The notes: generated by a model from the letters alone, not told the origin. A DNA stretch of 64,000 nucleotides from an uncultured Planctomycetota bacterium (GCA_963719315.1 CAVRBU010000002.1:352001-416000); one strand, 5' to 3'. Counted from the stretch's first letter, positions 13,822-24,751 are shown. A program made the numbers and translations.

Positions 13822-13916
13822 CGACGATTCCTGCATTTTCCGCACCCTCTCCTACATCAACCAGCAACCATTACTACAAATTTTTGCACACGCATTCTCT
13901 CCCCACAGGTAATCCT

Positions 13917-16900
13917 ATGTCCTATCAATCTCGCTCGAAACGTAAGTCTTCTCGTACCACGCACCTCTCACGCCGCAGCACGTTCGAAACCCTCGAAGCC
14001 CGGCAGATGCTCTCGGCAAATCTGGGATTCGCCGGGGCGTTTGACATCATCGGCGGAAGCACGGGCGGCATCTATACCCAAAGCTCAGTTCTTTCCACCC
14101 GAGGGGGCGGAATGGTGACCGACCTGGCCGGAAACCGCTATGTGACAATCAATGGTGCGCGCGATGGCTCTGTAAGCAGCGAGACGATCGACCTCGATCC
14201 CGGACCGGGCGTTGCCGCCACGACGATGACCGCCGGACTAGTGAAGCTTGATCCCAGTGGCGCGGTCGTCTGGACAGCCCCGTTCATTTCGTCAATCAAC
14301 GTGCATGTTACCGCCGCGGTCGATTCCAGCCAAAACGTTTACCTCGTAGGGGATTTTTACGGCACGATGGATGTCGACCCCGGCCCGGGAGTTGTGAATG
14401 TCACGTCGACGGCAGGCGGGCACGACTGGGGGTACTACATGGTGAAGCTCAACAGCGCTGGAGAGCTGCAATGGGCTCGCACATTGGACTCCAACGGGCT
14501 GGATCCGTTGCGAATTGAAGTTGATGGCGACGGCAATCTGATTGTCGCCTGCAGTTTCTTTGGCGGTTCTCCAACGGACGTTGACGCCGGTCCCGGCCAA
14601 TTCCTGATAGACCAAAAGGGCGCCTACGATTCGGTCGTGCTGAAATACAGCACCGATGGCGACTTCGTGTGGGCGCGTCAGATTGGGAATGCGGGAGCTT
14701 CGCAGGCTATAAATGGCCCGAGCCTCGCCGTGGGTCCGCAAGGGGATATCTACATGGGTGCACGCTTTGTCGGGGATCTGGATCTTGACCCGGGCGCGGG
14801 CGTCCACATCGTCTCCAACAGCGACGCAACAAACGATGCCTATCTCGTACAGCTCAACTCGGACGGGAACTATGTCGGCTCGTACGTGACGGAAGGTGAC
14901 GGCTCGACTGTGTTGCGGGACATCGAGGTGACCAGCGACGGATCGGTGATCCTCAGCGGGTATTTCTCCGGGACCGTCGATTTTGCTCCGGGTAGCGCGA
15001 GTCTCCCCTTAACCTCCTTTCACAGCAGTGTTGATGGATTCGCGCTCAAGCTCAGCAGTGATATGACGGTCGCGTGGGCTCGTCAGTTTGGAGGAGATGG
15101 ATCAACGGGCCTCTTCGAGTCCGCTCTGGACGACGACGGCAACGTTTATCTCGGCGGTTATTTCGGCTCAGGAAGCCAGCCCGGTCAGACAAGTGATTTT
15201 GACCCTGGGCCTGGCGTCTATGAACTCGTCAGACCGTCGACGTTTTACACGGGATTCGTTGTTAGCCTGACAGACGCGGGCGACTTTCGCTGGGCCGTAC
15301 CGCTCGGGGGTAATACAGGCAATAGCAGCGTTCAAGGCCTGAGCGTAACTCCCAACGGCGATGTACAAGTTTCGGGGGGATTTCGAGGAACAGGGGATTT
15401 CAATCCTGATCCTGCTGCGGAAACCTGGCTCTCGAGTACCGGAATTAATGAAACGGCTTTCACCCTGACGTTAACACAAAGTGAACCCGAGGCCGGCGCG
15501 CCGGTCGTCGACGCCGGCGACGGCCAAGCCATCCTGGTCACCGACGCCGTGAGTCTGCATGGCACGGTCACCGATGATGGCCTGCCCGGCCCGGTGACGA
15601 CCACGTGGAGCCTGGTCAGCGGCGCTGGCACGGTCACGTTTGCAGACGACTCGGCCCTCGACACGACGGCGACCTTCAGCACGATCGGCGACTACTTGCT
15701 CAAGCTCGAAGCGACCGATGGGCAGTTCACGACCGCGGACTACGTCAATATCGTGGTGAATCCGCTAACCGCGACGCTCGCAGCGACGGCCGATACGTAT
15801 ATCGATGCCACCACCAAGACCACCAATTTTGGCTCGTCGGCCAACTTGGTTGTACATGGCAATCCGGATGATGCGGCGATCCTCAAGTGGGACTTGAGCA
15901 GCATCCCCGCCGGCAGCACGCTCCAGTCGGCAACCTTTTCCCTCAATGTGACCAACACCAGCACCAATACGTACGAGATCTATGCCTTGAATCGGAGCTG
16001 GACGGAATCGCAAGCCACTTGGAAAAAGGCCGACAGCGGGAACACCTGGCAGGCGGCTGGGGCGCAAGGAGTCCTGGACCGCGGCACCACCGTGCTGGGC
16101 ACGGTCACTGCGTCTGCGCTGGGAACGCGTAACGTCGTGCTGTATGCGGCGGGCGTGGCCGTGGTGCAGGGCTGGATCGACGACCCGTCCACCAACTTCG
16201 GCTTCATCCTGCAAGACTATGCGAATGCCAACAAAGATGATCTGGTATTCAGCTCGAAAGAAGCGACCATTGCAGCAGACCGTCCCCAACTCCAAATGGT
16301 CTACATTCCCCCGAGCGCGAACACCACCGTTCCCGCACCGCGGATCGACTTCTTTTCGGCTTCGCAGGGGCGAGTGAGCGTCGGTACGCCGATCACGCTG
16401 AATGCGATTCGAGAGAATGACGCCGCACACCAGCCTCAGACTGTGAGTTTCTATCGCGACAATGGGGATGGCGTGTTGGTGGTCGGTGAGGACACGCTGG
16501 TGGGTTCGACGTACACGCTTCTGGGTGCGGACTACACGAAGTGGATCGTGACGGCCGAGACGACGGGTCTCGCCCCCGGGAACTACACGTTCTTTGTCCA
16601 GGCGTCGAACGCCAGCGGCGACGTGCAGGCCGCACTGGACGTTGAAGTCTTTGGCCTGGAGACAGTCAATTTTGCTAGCGCCAACGTGCCGCAGGCAATT
16701 CCTAACAAGACTACTATTACTTCGACCATCCTGGTGCCGGATGGATTCACGATCTTTGACGTTGATGTGTCGCTCAACATCACGCATACCAACGACGCCG
16801 ATCTGGACGTGTACCTGATCAGCCCTTCAGGGACACATGTGGCACTGTTTACCGACGTGGGAGGCGCGGGCCACAACTTCAGCGGCACAACTCTGGATGA

Positions 16901-17336
16901 TGAAGCAGCGACCTCCATCACCCTGGGCACTGCGCCATTCACCGGTAGCTTTCGGCCAGAAGTCTCGCTCAATGCGTTGGACGGCCAGAATGCCGCCGGA
17001 GTCTGGACGCTCGAAGTGACCGACGACTTGAAGAAGAACACCGGGACGCTCAACAGTTGGTCGTTGCAACTCACGCGCGAAGCGATGCCGGAGGCAGCTG
17101 CCGGTAGCGCAAGTCTCCAGGCCGAGGCTCTGATGGCTTCGCCGACCATCGCCGCAACAACTGGGAAAACCGCGGCCGTTACGTCGCCGACCCTCTCCAA
17201 ATCTGCCAATGGAGATCTTTTGGCCGCGGTCCTGGCCAACAAGTTTGCGGGAAAGCCAGCCAAACGCCTGGCAACTAGCAGCCTGTTGAAGAAGTCTCCT
17301 TTGGATAGACTTTCGCTAACGACGGCATGGCGCTAA
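13917..17336 (+). CDS. large planctomycete surface protein (LEPR-type leader, SBBP-like propeller, PKD-like, DNRLRE/CBM96-like, proprotein convertase P-domain); C-terminus altered by IS
   Basis: MSYQSRSKRK...FETLEARQMLSA leader; D[FL]DPGPG repeats; DDGLPGP PKD-like; ADTYID...ILKWDLSSIP; ITHT.DADL...G.W.LEVTD...GTLNSWSL. The native tail lies at 18835-18953. Confidence 0.85.
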   Translation: MSYQSRSKRKSSRTTHLSRRSTFETLEARQMLSANLGFAGAFDIIGGSTGGIYTQSSVLSTRGGGMVTDLAGNRYVTINGARDGSVSSETIDLDPGPGVAATTMTAGLVKLDPSGAVVWTAPFISSINVHVTAAVDSSQNVYLVGDFYGTMDVDPGPGVVNVTSTAGGHDWGYYMVKLNSAGELQWARTLDSNGLDPLRIEVDGDGNLIVACSFFGGSPTDVDAGPGQFLIDQKGAYDSVVLKYSTDGDFVWARQIGNAGASQAINGPSLAVGPQGDIYMGARFVGDLDLDPGAGVHIVSNSDATNDAYLVQLNSDGNYVGSYVTEGDGSTVLRDIEVTSDGSVILSGYFSGTVDFAPGSASLPLTSFHSSVDGFALKLSSDMTVAWARQFGGDGSTGLFESALDDDGNVYLGGYFGSGSQPGQTSDFDPGPGVYELVRPSTFYTGFVVSLTDAGDFRWAVPLGGNTGNSSVQGLSVTPNGDVQVSGGFRGTGDFNPDPAAETWLSSTGINETAFTLTLTQSEPEAGAPVVDAGDGQAILVTDAVSLHGTVTDDGLPGPVTTTWSLVSGAGTVTFADDSALDTTATFSTIGDYLLKLEATDGQFTTADYVNIVVNPLTATLAATADTYIDATTKTTNFGSSANLVVHGNPDDAAILKWDLSSIPAGSTLQSATFSLNVTNTSTNTYEIYALNRSWTESQATWKKADSGNTWQAAGAQGVLDRGTTVLGTVTASALGTRNVVLYAAGVAVVQGWIDDPSTNFGFILQDYANANKDDLVFSSKEATIAADRPQLQMVYIPPSANTTVPAPRIDFFSASQGRVSVGTPITLNAIRENDAAHQPQTVSFYRDNGDGVLVVGEDTLVGSTYTLLGADYTKWIVTAETTGLAPGNYTFFVQASNASGDVQAALDVEVFGLETVNFASANVPQAIPNKTTITSTILVPDGFTIFDVDVSLNITHTNDADLDVYLISPSGTHVALFTDVGGAGHNFSGTTLDDEAATSITLGTAPFTGSFRPEVSLNALDGQNAAGVWTLEVTDDLKKNTGTLNSWSLQLTREAMPEAAAGSASLQAEALMASPTIAATTGKTAAVTSPTLSKSANGDLLAAVLANKFAGKPAKRLATSSLLKKSPLDRLSLTTAWR

Positions 17337-18834
17337 ATTGTCGCCTGCGGTTGGCGTGGATGCCAGTGTAAGAGCGATTATTGTTTTGCTCAGGCATCCG
17401 CAGAGCCGAATTGAGGAGATCACGGATGGCGTTGGGACACCGCAACCAAGAGCAGCAGTCGTCCTTCTGGATCCCGGTGGACCAGTTGCCGCGGTCGGAA
17501 GGGCATGTGTTTTACGGCAAGCTCAATCAATTGCTGCGAGCAGCCGGCTTCGACGAGTTCGTCGAAAGGCTCTGTGAGCCGTACTACCACGAAACGATGG
17601 GGCGGCCCGGCATTCCGCCGGGCGTCTACTTCCGGATGCTGTTGGTGGGCTACTTCGAGGGCCTCGGCTCGCAGCGGGGCATCGCCTGGCGGTGTGCCGA
17701 CAGTCTCAGCTTGCGAGAATTTCTGGGCGTCCCGCTCGGCGAAGAGACGCCTGACCATTCGAGCCTGACGCGGGTCCGCGACCGACTGCCGTTGTCGGTT
17801 CATCGGCAAGTATTCTGCTTCGTGCTCGAGGTGGCTGAGCAGCAAGGCCTGCTCGCCGGCAAGACGGTGGGCGTCGACGCCACGACCCTGGAGGCCGACG
17901 CGGCCATGAAGAGCATCGTCAGGCGCGACACGGGCGAGGACTGGCAGGAGTATGTTCGGCGTCTGATGCAGGAAGCAGGCCAGATCGAGCCGGGCGACGA
18001 ACCCTCAGCCGAGGAGATTGCTCGGTTCGATCGCCAGCGCAAGGACAAAAAGGTCTCGAACCAAGAATGGCAGAGCGAAACCGACCCAGACAGCCGGATC
18101 ACCCGGATGAAGGACGGCCGCACGCATCTGGCCTACAAGGCCGAACACGTCGTCGATCTGGACACGGAGCTGATCCTGGCGGCCGAGATCTATCACGCCA
18201 ACGCGGCCGACGTGGACACGATCGGCCCGAGCCTCAGCCAAGCGCAAGACAACTTGATTCAAGCCGACAGCGACGCGGACATCGAGGAGACGGTGGCGGA
18301 CAAAGGCTACTCGGGGAACGAGACGCTGGCCGAATTGGAATTCACCGAGGGTCTACGAACGTACATCGCCGAACCACAGCACGCGCATCGTCGCAATTGG
18401 AAAAACAAAGCGGACGAAGAGCGTCGGGCGGTGACGGGCAACCGCCGCCGGGTCAAAGGAAAGCGAGGACGTGCTCTACAGCGCGAGAGGAGTGAGAAGG
18501 TCGAGCGGAGTTTCGCCCACGTCTGCGAGACGGGCGGCAGTCGGCGAACGTGGCTGCATGGTATCGAGAAAGTGAGAAAGCGATACCTGACGTCGGCCAT
18601 GGCACGCAATCTGGGCCTCGTCCTGCGCCACTTGTTCGGAATCGGCACGGCCAGGAGCCTGCAAGGGAACGGCGGGCTTGCCGACGCCTTGCATGTTGTG
18701 TTGTTTAACACCCTGGCCGCGCTGGAGCGTCTGCTGACGCCCACGCCGCCGACCGGCCGACAAAAATCAACCATCAACCAACCGCTCGCGTTGGCTGCCT
18801 AAAATCACCAAATACCAACTTCTTCAACAGGCTG
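17279..18834 (+). mobile_element. insertion sequence, IS5/IS1182-type, 1556 bp
   Basis: Perfect 17-bp terminal inverted repeats CAGCCTGTTGAAGAAGT (17279-17295 / 18818-18834); CTAG target duplication at 17275-17278 and 18835-18838. Confidence 0.95.
17426..18802 (+). CDS. DDE transposase (IS5/IS1182 family, DUF772-like N-terminus)
   Basis: GRPGIPPGVYFRMLLVGYFEG...PDHSSLTR, VDATTLEA, DPDSR, ADKGY, VERSFAH; GAGGAG RBS. Confidence 0.95.
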   Translation: MALGHRNQEQQSSFWIPVDQLPRSEGHVFYGKLNQLLRAAGFDEFVERLCEPYYHETMGRPGIPPGVYFRMLLVGYFEGLGSQRGIAWRCADSLSLREFLGVPLGEETPDHSSLTRVRDRLPLSVHRQVFCFVLEVAEQQGLLAGKTVGVDATTLEADAAMKSIVRRDTGEDWQEYVRRLMQEAGQIEPGDEPSAEEIARFDRQRKDKKVSNQEWQSETDPDSRITRMKDGRTHLAYKAEHVVDLDTELILAAEIYHANAADVDTIGPSLSQAQDNLIQADSDADIEETVADKGYSGNETLAELEFTEGLRTYIAEPQHAHRRNWKNKADEERRAVTGNRRRVKGKRGRALQRERSEKVERSFAHVCETGGSRRTWLHGIEKVRKRYLTSAMARNLGLVLRHLFGIGTARSLQGNGGLADALHVVLFNTLAALERLLTPTPPTGRQKSTINQPLALAA

Positions 18835-18982
18835 CTAGGACCGTACTCAACGAGAATGACCACGTCACGCGGGAGCGGCATGCAGTGGCCACCGACCTGG
18901 CGCTGCTTGCGCTCGGCGACCAACTTCATCGCCGGTTTGCTTTCGTCGATTGAGGGTGACGCGGCAGGGAAAACGATTTGCC

Positions 18983-19930
18983 ATGCAACAACGCAAAGCC
19001 TTTACACTTGTTGAGTTGTTGATCGTAATTGCGATCATCGGCATCCTGGTGGCGCTGCTTTTGCCTGCGGTCCAGGCTGCGCGGGAAGCGGCGCGGCGGG
19101 CCAGTTGTCAGAACAACTTGAAGCAGCTCGCGCTCGCCGTGCAGAGCTACCAGGCTGTCCACAAGTATTTGCCACCGCTGTATAACGGTACGTTAAAACT
19201 AGACCTGTCGATGGGGCTAGATACCTTCTCCTGGCAAACCATGATCTTGCCCTTTGTCGAGGAGCAAGCCCTCCGCGGGCAACTCGATTTCACGAAAGTG
19301 GCGACGGACACTGCGAATCAACCGGCCGTCAATCAATTGTTTCCGCTGGCAATGTGTCCGTCGACGCCGCGCACAACGCTCGTGGCCCGCGGTCTGTGGT
19401 ACGGTCGGGCCCAGTTTGACGAGAATCTATCGGCCGCCGTGACGGATTACGCTAGTTCCGAAGGTTACCTTGATGGTCTGGCTTGCGTCCCCGGGGCGTG
19501 GGGCCAAATCGTGCCCGGCAGCAACTACTGGGACGCGCCGACGTTGAAGAAGGTTAAGATGGCCGACATCACCGACGGGTTGTCGAAGACGACGCTGATC
19601 CTCGAGCGGGCGGGCTTGCCGGATCACTACTTCAACAGCGGCCGCACCGTCGAGCCACATCAGCCGCCTCAATTCCGTACTTGGGGCAACGTCGGCCTAT
19701 GGGCCATCAGCGCGGAAAGGTTGATGAATCACTTGCAGTCGCAAACCGGCGTACCGATCATCGGCGGAGACAACCTGCATGGGCTGTATTCGTTTCATCC
19801 CGGAGGAGTGCATGTCGCGCTGGTCGACGGCTCGGTGCAGTTCATTCACAGCACGATTAACACGAGTTTGATGTTCGCCCTTGTTACGCGGGCAGGCGCC
19901 GAGGCAGTCGACCTGAACGAAATCTTCTAG
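18983..19930 (+). CDS. DUF1559 prepilin-type protein
   Basis: [65 protein letters not shown] (H-X9-DG). Confidence 0.95.
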   Translation: MQQRKAFTLVELLIVIAIIGILVALLLPAVQAAREAARRASCQNNLKQLALAVQSYQAVHKYLPPLYNGTLKLDLSMGLDTFSWQTMILPFVEEQALRGQLDFTKVATDTANQPAVNQLFPLAMCPSTPRTTLVARGLWYGRAQFDENLSAAVTDYASSEGYLDGLACVPGAWGQIVPGSNYWDAPTLKKVKMADITDGLSKTTLILERAGLPDHYFNSGRTVEPHQPPQFRTWGNVGLWAISAERLMNHLQSQTGVPIIGGDNLHGLYSFHPGGVHVALVDGSVQFIHSTINTSLMFALVTRAGAEAVDLNEIF

Positions 19931-19970
19931 CTGCAAAAAACAACCGACTGCGCAGAAGGACTCTAAACGT

Positions 19971-20952
19971 ATGCAAATGGGCGTTTCCAGAAATGAGTTC
20001 TTGTCAGCCAGCCGGTGCGCGATTCGTCAAGCGCTGGTGCTGTGGGCCAGTATTGGCGCTGCCTTTGTCTGCCACGGCGCGGCGGCCCAACCGCCTCAGG
20101 TCGTACGTTGGGATATCATGGCCACAGTCACCGAGATCGACGATCCACTCGGGCTTTTTCCCGATATGCGGCTGGGTGACCCAGTGCGCGGCATGCTGAA
20201 GTACGATGTTAGCGTGCCGATCGAACAGGGTTATATTTCCTCTTTTGAATTTGAGGCCTTGTTCGAGGTTACACGAATGAGCATTCAGAATCCTGCGCAA
20301 CGGCACGGAGTTCACCTTTGAAACCGACCCGAGCGGTGATTTCGCGGATGTGAACGTGTTCAATGATTTCGAGGATGAAAACGGGCCGTTCGATGGGATC
20401 TTCACGCCTCAATCGGTCGTGGCACCAGCCGGCTTTGCCGGTACATCGCCCGTCGTCGATGTCGTCCTCCAGGGTCCGCCGACCGTTTTTTCTGCTCCCG
20501 TTGATCCTACCGCAACCGAGGGCCATCTTCCCGCAACACTCAACTTGAACGACTGGCCCATCGCCGCAATGGAGTTTTTTGACGGATGGTTTTCAGATCC
20601 CACCGACACCTATATTCAAGCCGAGATCTATTCGCTTATTCCCGTCGTAACGATTCACATTCCTGGAGACTACGACTACGACGGCGATGTTGACGGCGAC
20701 GACTACAACCGCTGGAGAATCGCGCATGGCGACGACAATCCCTACGCGGATGGCAACAGCGACGGCAAAGTCGACGCAGCGGACTACGTCGTGTGGCGGA
20801 AAGCACTCAGCGAAGCCATGGGCAGCGGATCGGTCGTGGAACGCGGGGTTCCAGAACCGGCCACTCCATCAGCATTGCTCGTTAGTTCGTTCGCTGCGTT
20901 TGCCCACCGAAGAAAAAGAGTGCAAAGGCGAATCCACCGCGAACGCTCGTAA
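19971..20952 (+). CDS. PEP-CTERM protein with dockerin-like repeat (frameshift at about 20294)
   Basis: Signal peptide in ORF 19971-20321; removing one base gives ...QNPRNGTEFTFETD... into ORF 20350-20952 with GDYDYDGDVDGDDY..WR and VPEP tail. Confidence 0.78.
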
Positions 20953-21014
20953 CACTGAAGCGGCACCCAATGGAACTGTGTCGGTGATCTAGTGTCGCCA
21001 ACCGTGATGCGCGG

Positions 21015-21734
21015 CTACTTCGCCCGCTTGCGGGCTGGTGTGCCGCCGACGGCGCCGCCGGTGAAGCCGGACTGGGGGGTGCGGTCGTCGGCGCGGTCGT
21101 CGTCGGCGTCGAAATTGCTGCTGCCGGACGCTTCGTCGATCTCGGCGACAATTGGATCGCCGTTGCCTTCGTTGCCGCCGGCAAGGCCGCCGACCGCGGT
21201 GCCGCCGCCGGCGGTGCCCGCGGCGTGGACGTCGCCCCGGGGAACGCGAGCTGGCGGAAACTCCAGCGGATCGACGTGCGAGACGTGGTCTTCTTCCATT
21301 TCGCCTTCCGGCGCGAGCGTGTCGACGGGTGAATGGGGGCGGCCTTCTTCGAAGTTCACTTGCGGCGTGTTGTCGTTCGTTGCCGCGCACCCGACGCAGA
21401 ATCGAGTGTACGGAATTGCTTCGAGGCGTGGCGTGGCGATTGGTTGGCCGCAGGCCTCGCATGTGCCGAACGCGCCAGCGTCCAGGCGGGCGAGCGCGGC
21501 GCGGGCTTCGGTGACGATGTATTGCTCGTTGACGAGCAAGGTAGCGTTCATGTCGTAGAGGAATTCATCGGTGCCCAGGTCGCCGAGGTGCATAGGGACG
21601 TTCGAGAGTTCGCTTCCGCCGTTGCCGCCGCTGCTGGCGTGGACCTGCTCTTCCATGCCAAAGGCATCGGCCCGTGTGCGCGACGCAATGGCGGCAAGAA
21701 GACGGCGATATTTATTCATGGTTGCGTTTTTCAT
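21015..21734 (-). CDS. TraR/DksA C4 zinc-finger protein with acidic Gly-rich extension
   Basis: PMHLGDLGTD; CEACGQPIATPRLEAIPYTRFCVGC. Confidence 0.88.
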   Translation of the reverse strand: MKNATMNKYRRLLAAIASRTRADAFGMEEQVHASSGGNGGSELSNVPMHLGDLGTDEFLYDMNATLLVNEQYIVTEARAALARLDAGAFGTCEACGQPIATPRLEAIPYTRFCVGCAATNDNTPQVNFEEGRPHSPVDTLAPEGEMEEDHVSHVDPLEFPPARVPRGDVHAAGTAGGGTAVGGLAGGNEGNGDPIVAEIDEASGSSNFDADDDRADDRTPQSGFTGGAVGGTPARKRAK

Positions 21735-21987
21735 GATTCGTTCAACCTTCGACCCCCGATTCCGAATGACGGATGTATGGCATTTTGCAGCACGCTTGAT
21801 CTTACACTCGACAGGTAGTGTAGCACGAGTGCCCGGACTGAGAACTAGTGATGCAAATCACGCGCCGCTGTGAGACGCAGGCCAGTTTCTTTGAAGCCGG
21901 CGATCCGAGTTTCCGAGAGACTGGGCAACGGAACATCGGCGCATGAATTGCACGTAAAGTCTGCGGTGCATGAACGGAGAACCAAAT

Positions 21988-22137
21988 ATGATTCGCAAAC
22001 TGGCAAACGGCGAATATCGGTTGTATTCGCGGAAGAAGAATCCTCGCACGGGGAAACGCCGCAATTTGGGGACGTTTAAGACCCGGGCGGCGGCCGAGCA
22101 GCATGAGCGCGAAGTGCAATACTTCAAGCGGCATTAG
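21988..22137 (+). CDS. small basic hypothetical protein (49 aa)
   Basis: MIRKLANGEYRLYSRKKNPRTGKRRNLGTFKTRAAAEQHEREVQYFKRH; GGAGA RBS; below the ORF-track length cut-off. Confidence 0.75.
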   Translation: MIRKLANGEYRLYSRKKNPRTGKRRNLGTFKTRAAAEQHEREVQYFKRH

Positions 22138-22221
22138 ACGTTCGATCGGATCGTTGAATTGAAGTCTGCACTGGTTCGCTGGGGGCTCGCCTTTGGCTCG
22201 ACCCCAGGCACCCCGCACCGG

Positions 22222-23632
22222 TTATGCGCGGCCTTCTATTTGGCGGACGATTTCGGCGGCGGCGGGGCCGGTTTGGATCGTGGGGGCGTGGGCGCGCGAG
22301 AAGACGGCCACGATTTCGAAGTGGCGGCGATCCAACGCCATTCGCAACAAGTCGCCGGCGGCTAGGGCGAAGCGGCCGGCGTGGCGGTGAAGATCGAACT
22401 GCACGCCAGCGATGCCTTCGTAGGCTCGGTAAATTACTTCGGTGCAAACCAGCCGGTGCGAGGCGCAGAAATCGAAATCGAAGTCGTATGGCTTCCCTTC
22501 GTGCATGAGGGCTTGAGCCACTGCCAAGGCGACGTTTTGCGGATCGAGCATGGGTCGCACGACGACGACCGAATCGGAATTAAACGGCGAGTTGACCGAT
22601 CGAATCCGCACGCCGTCTTTCATCGCCTCCAAAACGCACGGATGCTGCGGGCCGTCGGCCCACGCGTTGGCCGGGTCGGGAGCTAGGACGAACGTGAGCG
22701 GCGTCGCGCTCGCCAGCTTGGCCAGCCGCGGCTCGACGTGCGGATGACGAGCGATCTCTGTGCATTCAAGATCGGCGGCGGTGCCCAGATAGAGTGCGGC
22801 GTGGGGCCAGTAGCCGGGCAAAAAGTAGTTTGTGACGGCAAAGTCCTTGCGGACTACGAGCACGTCGCCGGGCCGCAATAATCGGGCGACTTCGGCTCGA
22901 ACCTCCTTCGGCAGGCTGGGCGCGTGGCCGGGCCGGACGCGAACTGCGGCCAGACCGCGGCCGACGGCTTCCTGCACGCCGTACACGGCGCGGCCGAGCA
23001 CGTCGCGACCGATATGGCGGATTGCCCGCCGGCCGCGAACGCGGGCCCGTGTCCGCACGTAGGTCCAGAGTGAAGGCCGCAGCCGGTCGCGCAGGCGGTC
23101 GATGATGGCTAGGAGGGGTTCGAGGCCGTCGGCACTTGCCGAAGAGAATAGTTGTTCGCGGTGGCGATCGAAGTACCGTGTCGCCTGCCAGAGGTGCCAG
23201 GCATGATAAGGGTCGGTGAGCGACTTCTGCACATTGTCGTACATGTGGGCCGGGATGCCGCAGATCGGGTCCGGTTCGTCGAGTTTGCGCCGGACGACGT
23301 TGGGGCGATGGAAAGAATCTCGCAAAAATCGGGCCGCGTCGACCAAGAGCGCGGCGGCCGCCAGGGCCACGAGGAACTGCTGCGGCGTTGCGCGAGCGAT
23401 CTGTTGGGCGTCCTGCCGAGACTTCGTACACCAATTCGAGAAGCTGCGCCCGGGTCTTCCAATACGAGAATTGTAGATGGCGAAGGTGAATTTCCTCGCT
23501 CGGCGTAATGTAGCCGCGAGCGGCCACCAGGACGGGATCGTATATCTCGCGGGCCTGGGCCTTCAGGTCGTCGAGGTATTTACTCAATTCGACCACGGTA
23601 TGGGCGGCCGAGGTTAGCTGCTCATTATTCAT
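22222..23632 (-). CDS. YiiX/YebB-like permuted NlpC/P60 cysteine hydrolase (frameshift at about 23420)
   Basis: LRPGDVL, PGYWPHAALY, GKPYDFDFD...LVCTEV; N-terminus MNNEQLTSAAH lies in an adjacent frame. Confidence 0.8.
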
Positions 23633-23707
23633 ACATGTTGAGCGAATTGGAGTCGAACAACTCGACAGGTAGGGCAAGTTGTTGCCGAATATCCCAAAGC
23701 GGTTATT

Positions 23708-24670
23708 ATGAATTCGGAAGCGACATTTGCAGAGCATCGCACGAAACCGTCTATGGCCGCAACCGCACAAATCTCCGAACGGGCCGGTTGGCTGCAAGAC
23801 GCCAACTCGGTGCTCGTCTCGGCGTTTTGCCACCTGGTAGCGCTAATCGCGCTGGGGCTGCTGACGGTGGTCAACGTCAATGGCTGGGGCGGAGTCAAGC
23901 TGTTCGTGAACCTTGATGAGGGCGGGCCGGAAGCACCGATCGTGGACGGCACGTCGCTCGACGACTCGGTGCATTTGGAGGTCGCCGATAATCCGGCGAC
24001 GGCTCTCGGGCCGACGAACGACCTGGAAATCTCCGCGCCGTTAACGACGGCGCTGTCCGAGCTGAACCCGCTTTCGGGAAACACCGCCGAACTCAGCGGC
24101 GCGAACGGCCACGCGCTCGGCGGCGGCAAACAAGGGGATGGCACCTCCGGCCGTGCGGCCACCGAATTCTTCGGCATCGGCGGCTATGGCCAGACGTTTG
24201 TGTACGTCGTCGATGCTTCGGATAGCATGAATGATAACGGCAAGTTCGAGCGAGCCCGCTATGAGCTGTTGCATTCCATCGAGCAGCTCAAAAGCGATCA
24301 GCGGTACTTCGTGATTTTCTACAACGAAGTGGCGCACCCGATGGATGGCGACGGGCCGTTGCTCGCCACGCAAGATAATCTCGCGAAAACAACCAGCTGG
24401 ATTAATCAGGTCGAACCGACTGGCGGCACGAACCCGCGTCCCGCGTTGCTGCTTGCTCTGACATTGCGGCCGGACGCGATTTATTTCCTTTCAGACGGGC
24501 AGTTCGACCCGAACGTAATGCTGGCGGTTCGGACTCGAAATCGTCAGAACTTGCGGCTGAAAACTCGCATGATTCCGATTCACACGATCGCTTTTTTCGA
24601 CCACAAGGCGGAAGGTCTGATGCGGACGATCGCGCGGAACTCCGGCGGGGAGTATCGGTTTGTGAAGTGA
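23708..24670 (+). CDS. membrane-anchored VWA domain protein
   Basis: TM segment; MIDAS VVDASDSM, GGTN, FLSDG. Confidence 0.85.
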   Translation: MNSEATFAEHRTKPSMAATAQISERAGWLQDANSVLVSAFCHLVALIALGLLTVVNVNGWGGVKLFVNLDEGGPEAPIVDGTSLDDSVHLEVADNPATALGPTNDLEISAPLTTALSELNPLSGNTAELSGANGHALGGGKQGDGTSGRAATEFFGIGGYGQTFVYVVDASDSMNDNGKFERARYELLHSIEQLKSDQRYFVIFYNEVAHPMDGDGPLLATQDNLAKTTSWINQVEPTGGTNPRPALLLALTLRPDAIYFLSDGQFDPNVMLAVRTRNRQNLRLKTRMIPIHTIAFFDHKAEGLMRTIARNSGGEYRFVK

Positions 24671-24751
24671 GTGGCCATATCCGAGATAAGTGGCTGAACT
24701 CGCATGAGTTCAGGTGCTTTGCGCACTTCTCTAGATTTCTTGCGAATTCAG

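Noticed and set aside
13461..13916. N-terminal extension of the 1291-aa ORF
   Set aside because: Overlaps the previous gene out of frame; the planctomycete leader starts at ATG 13917.
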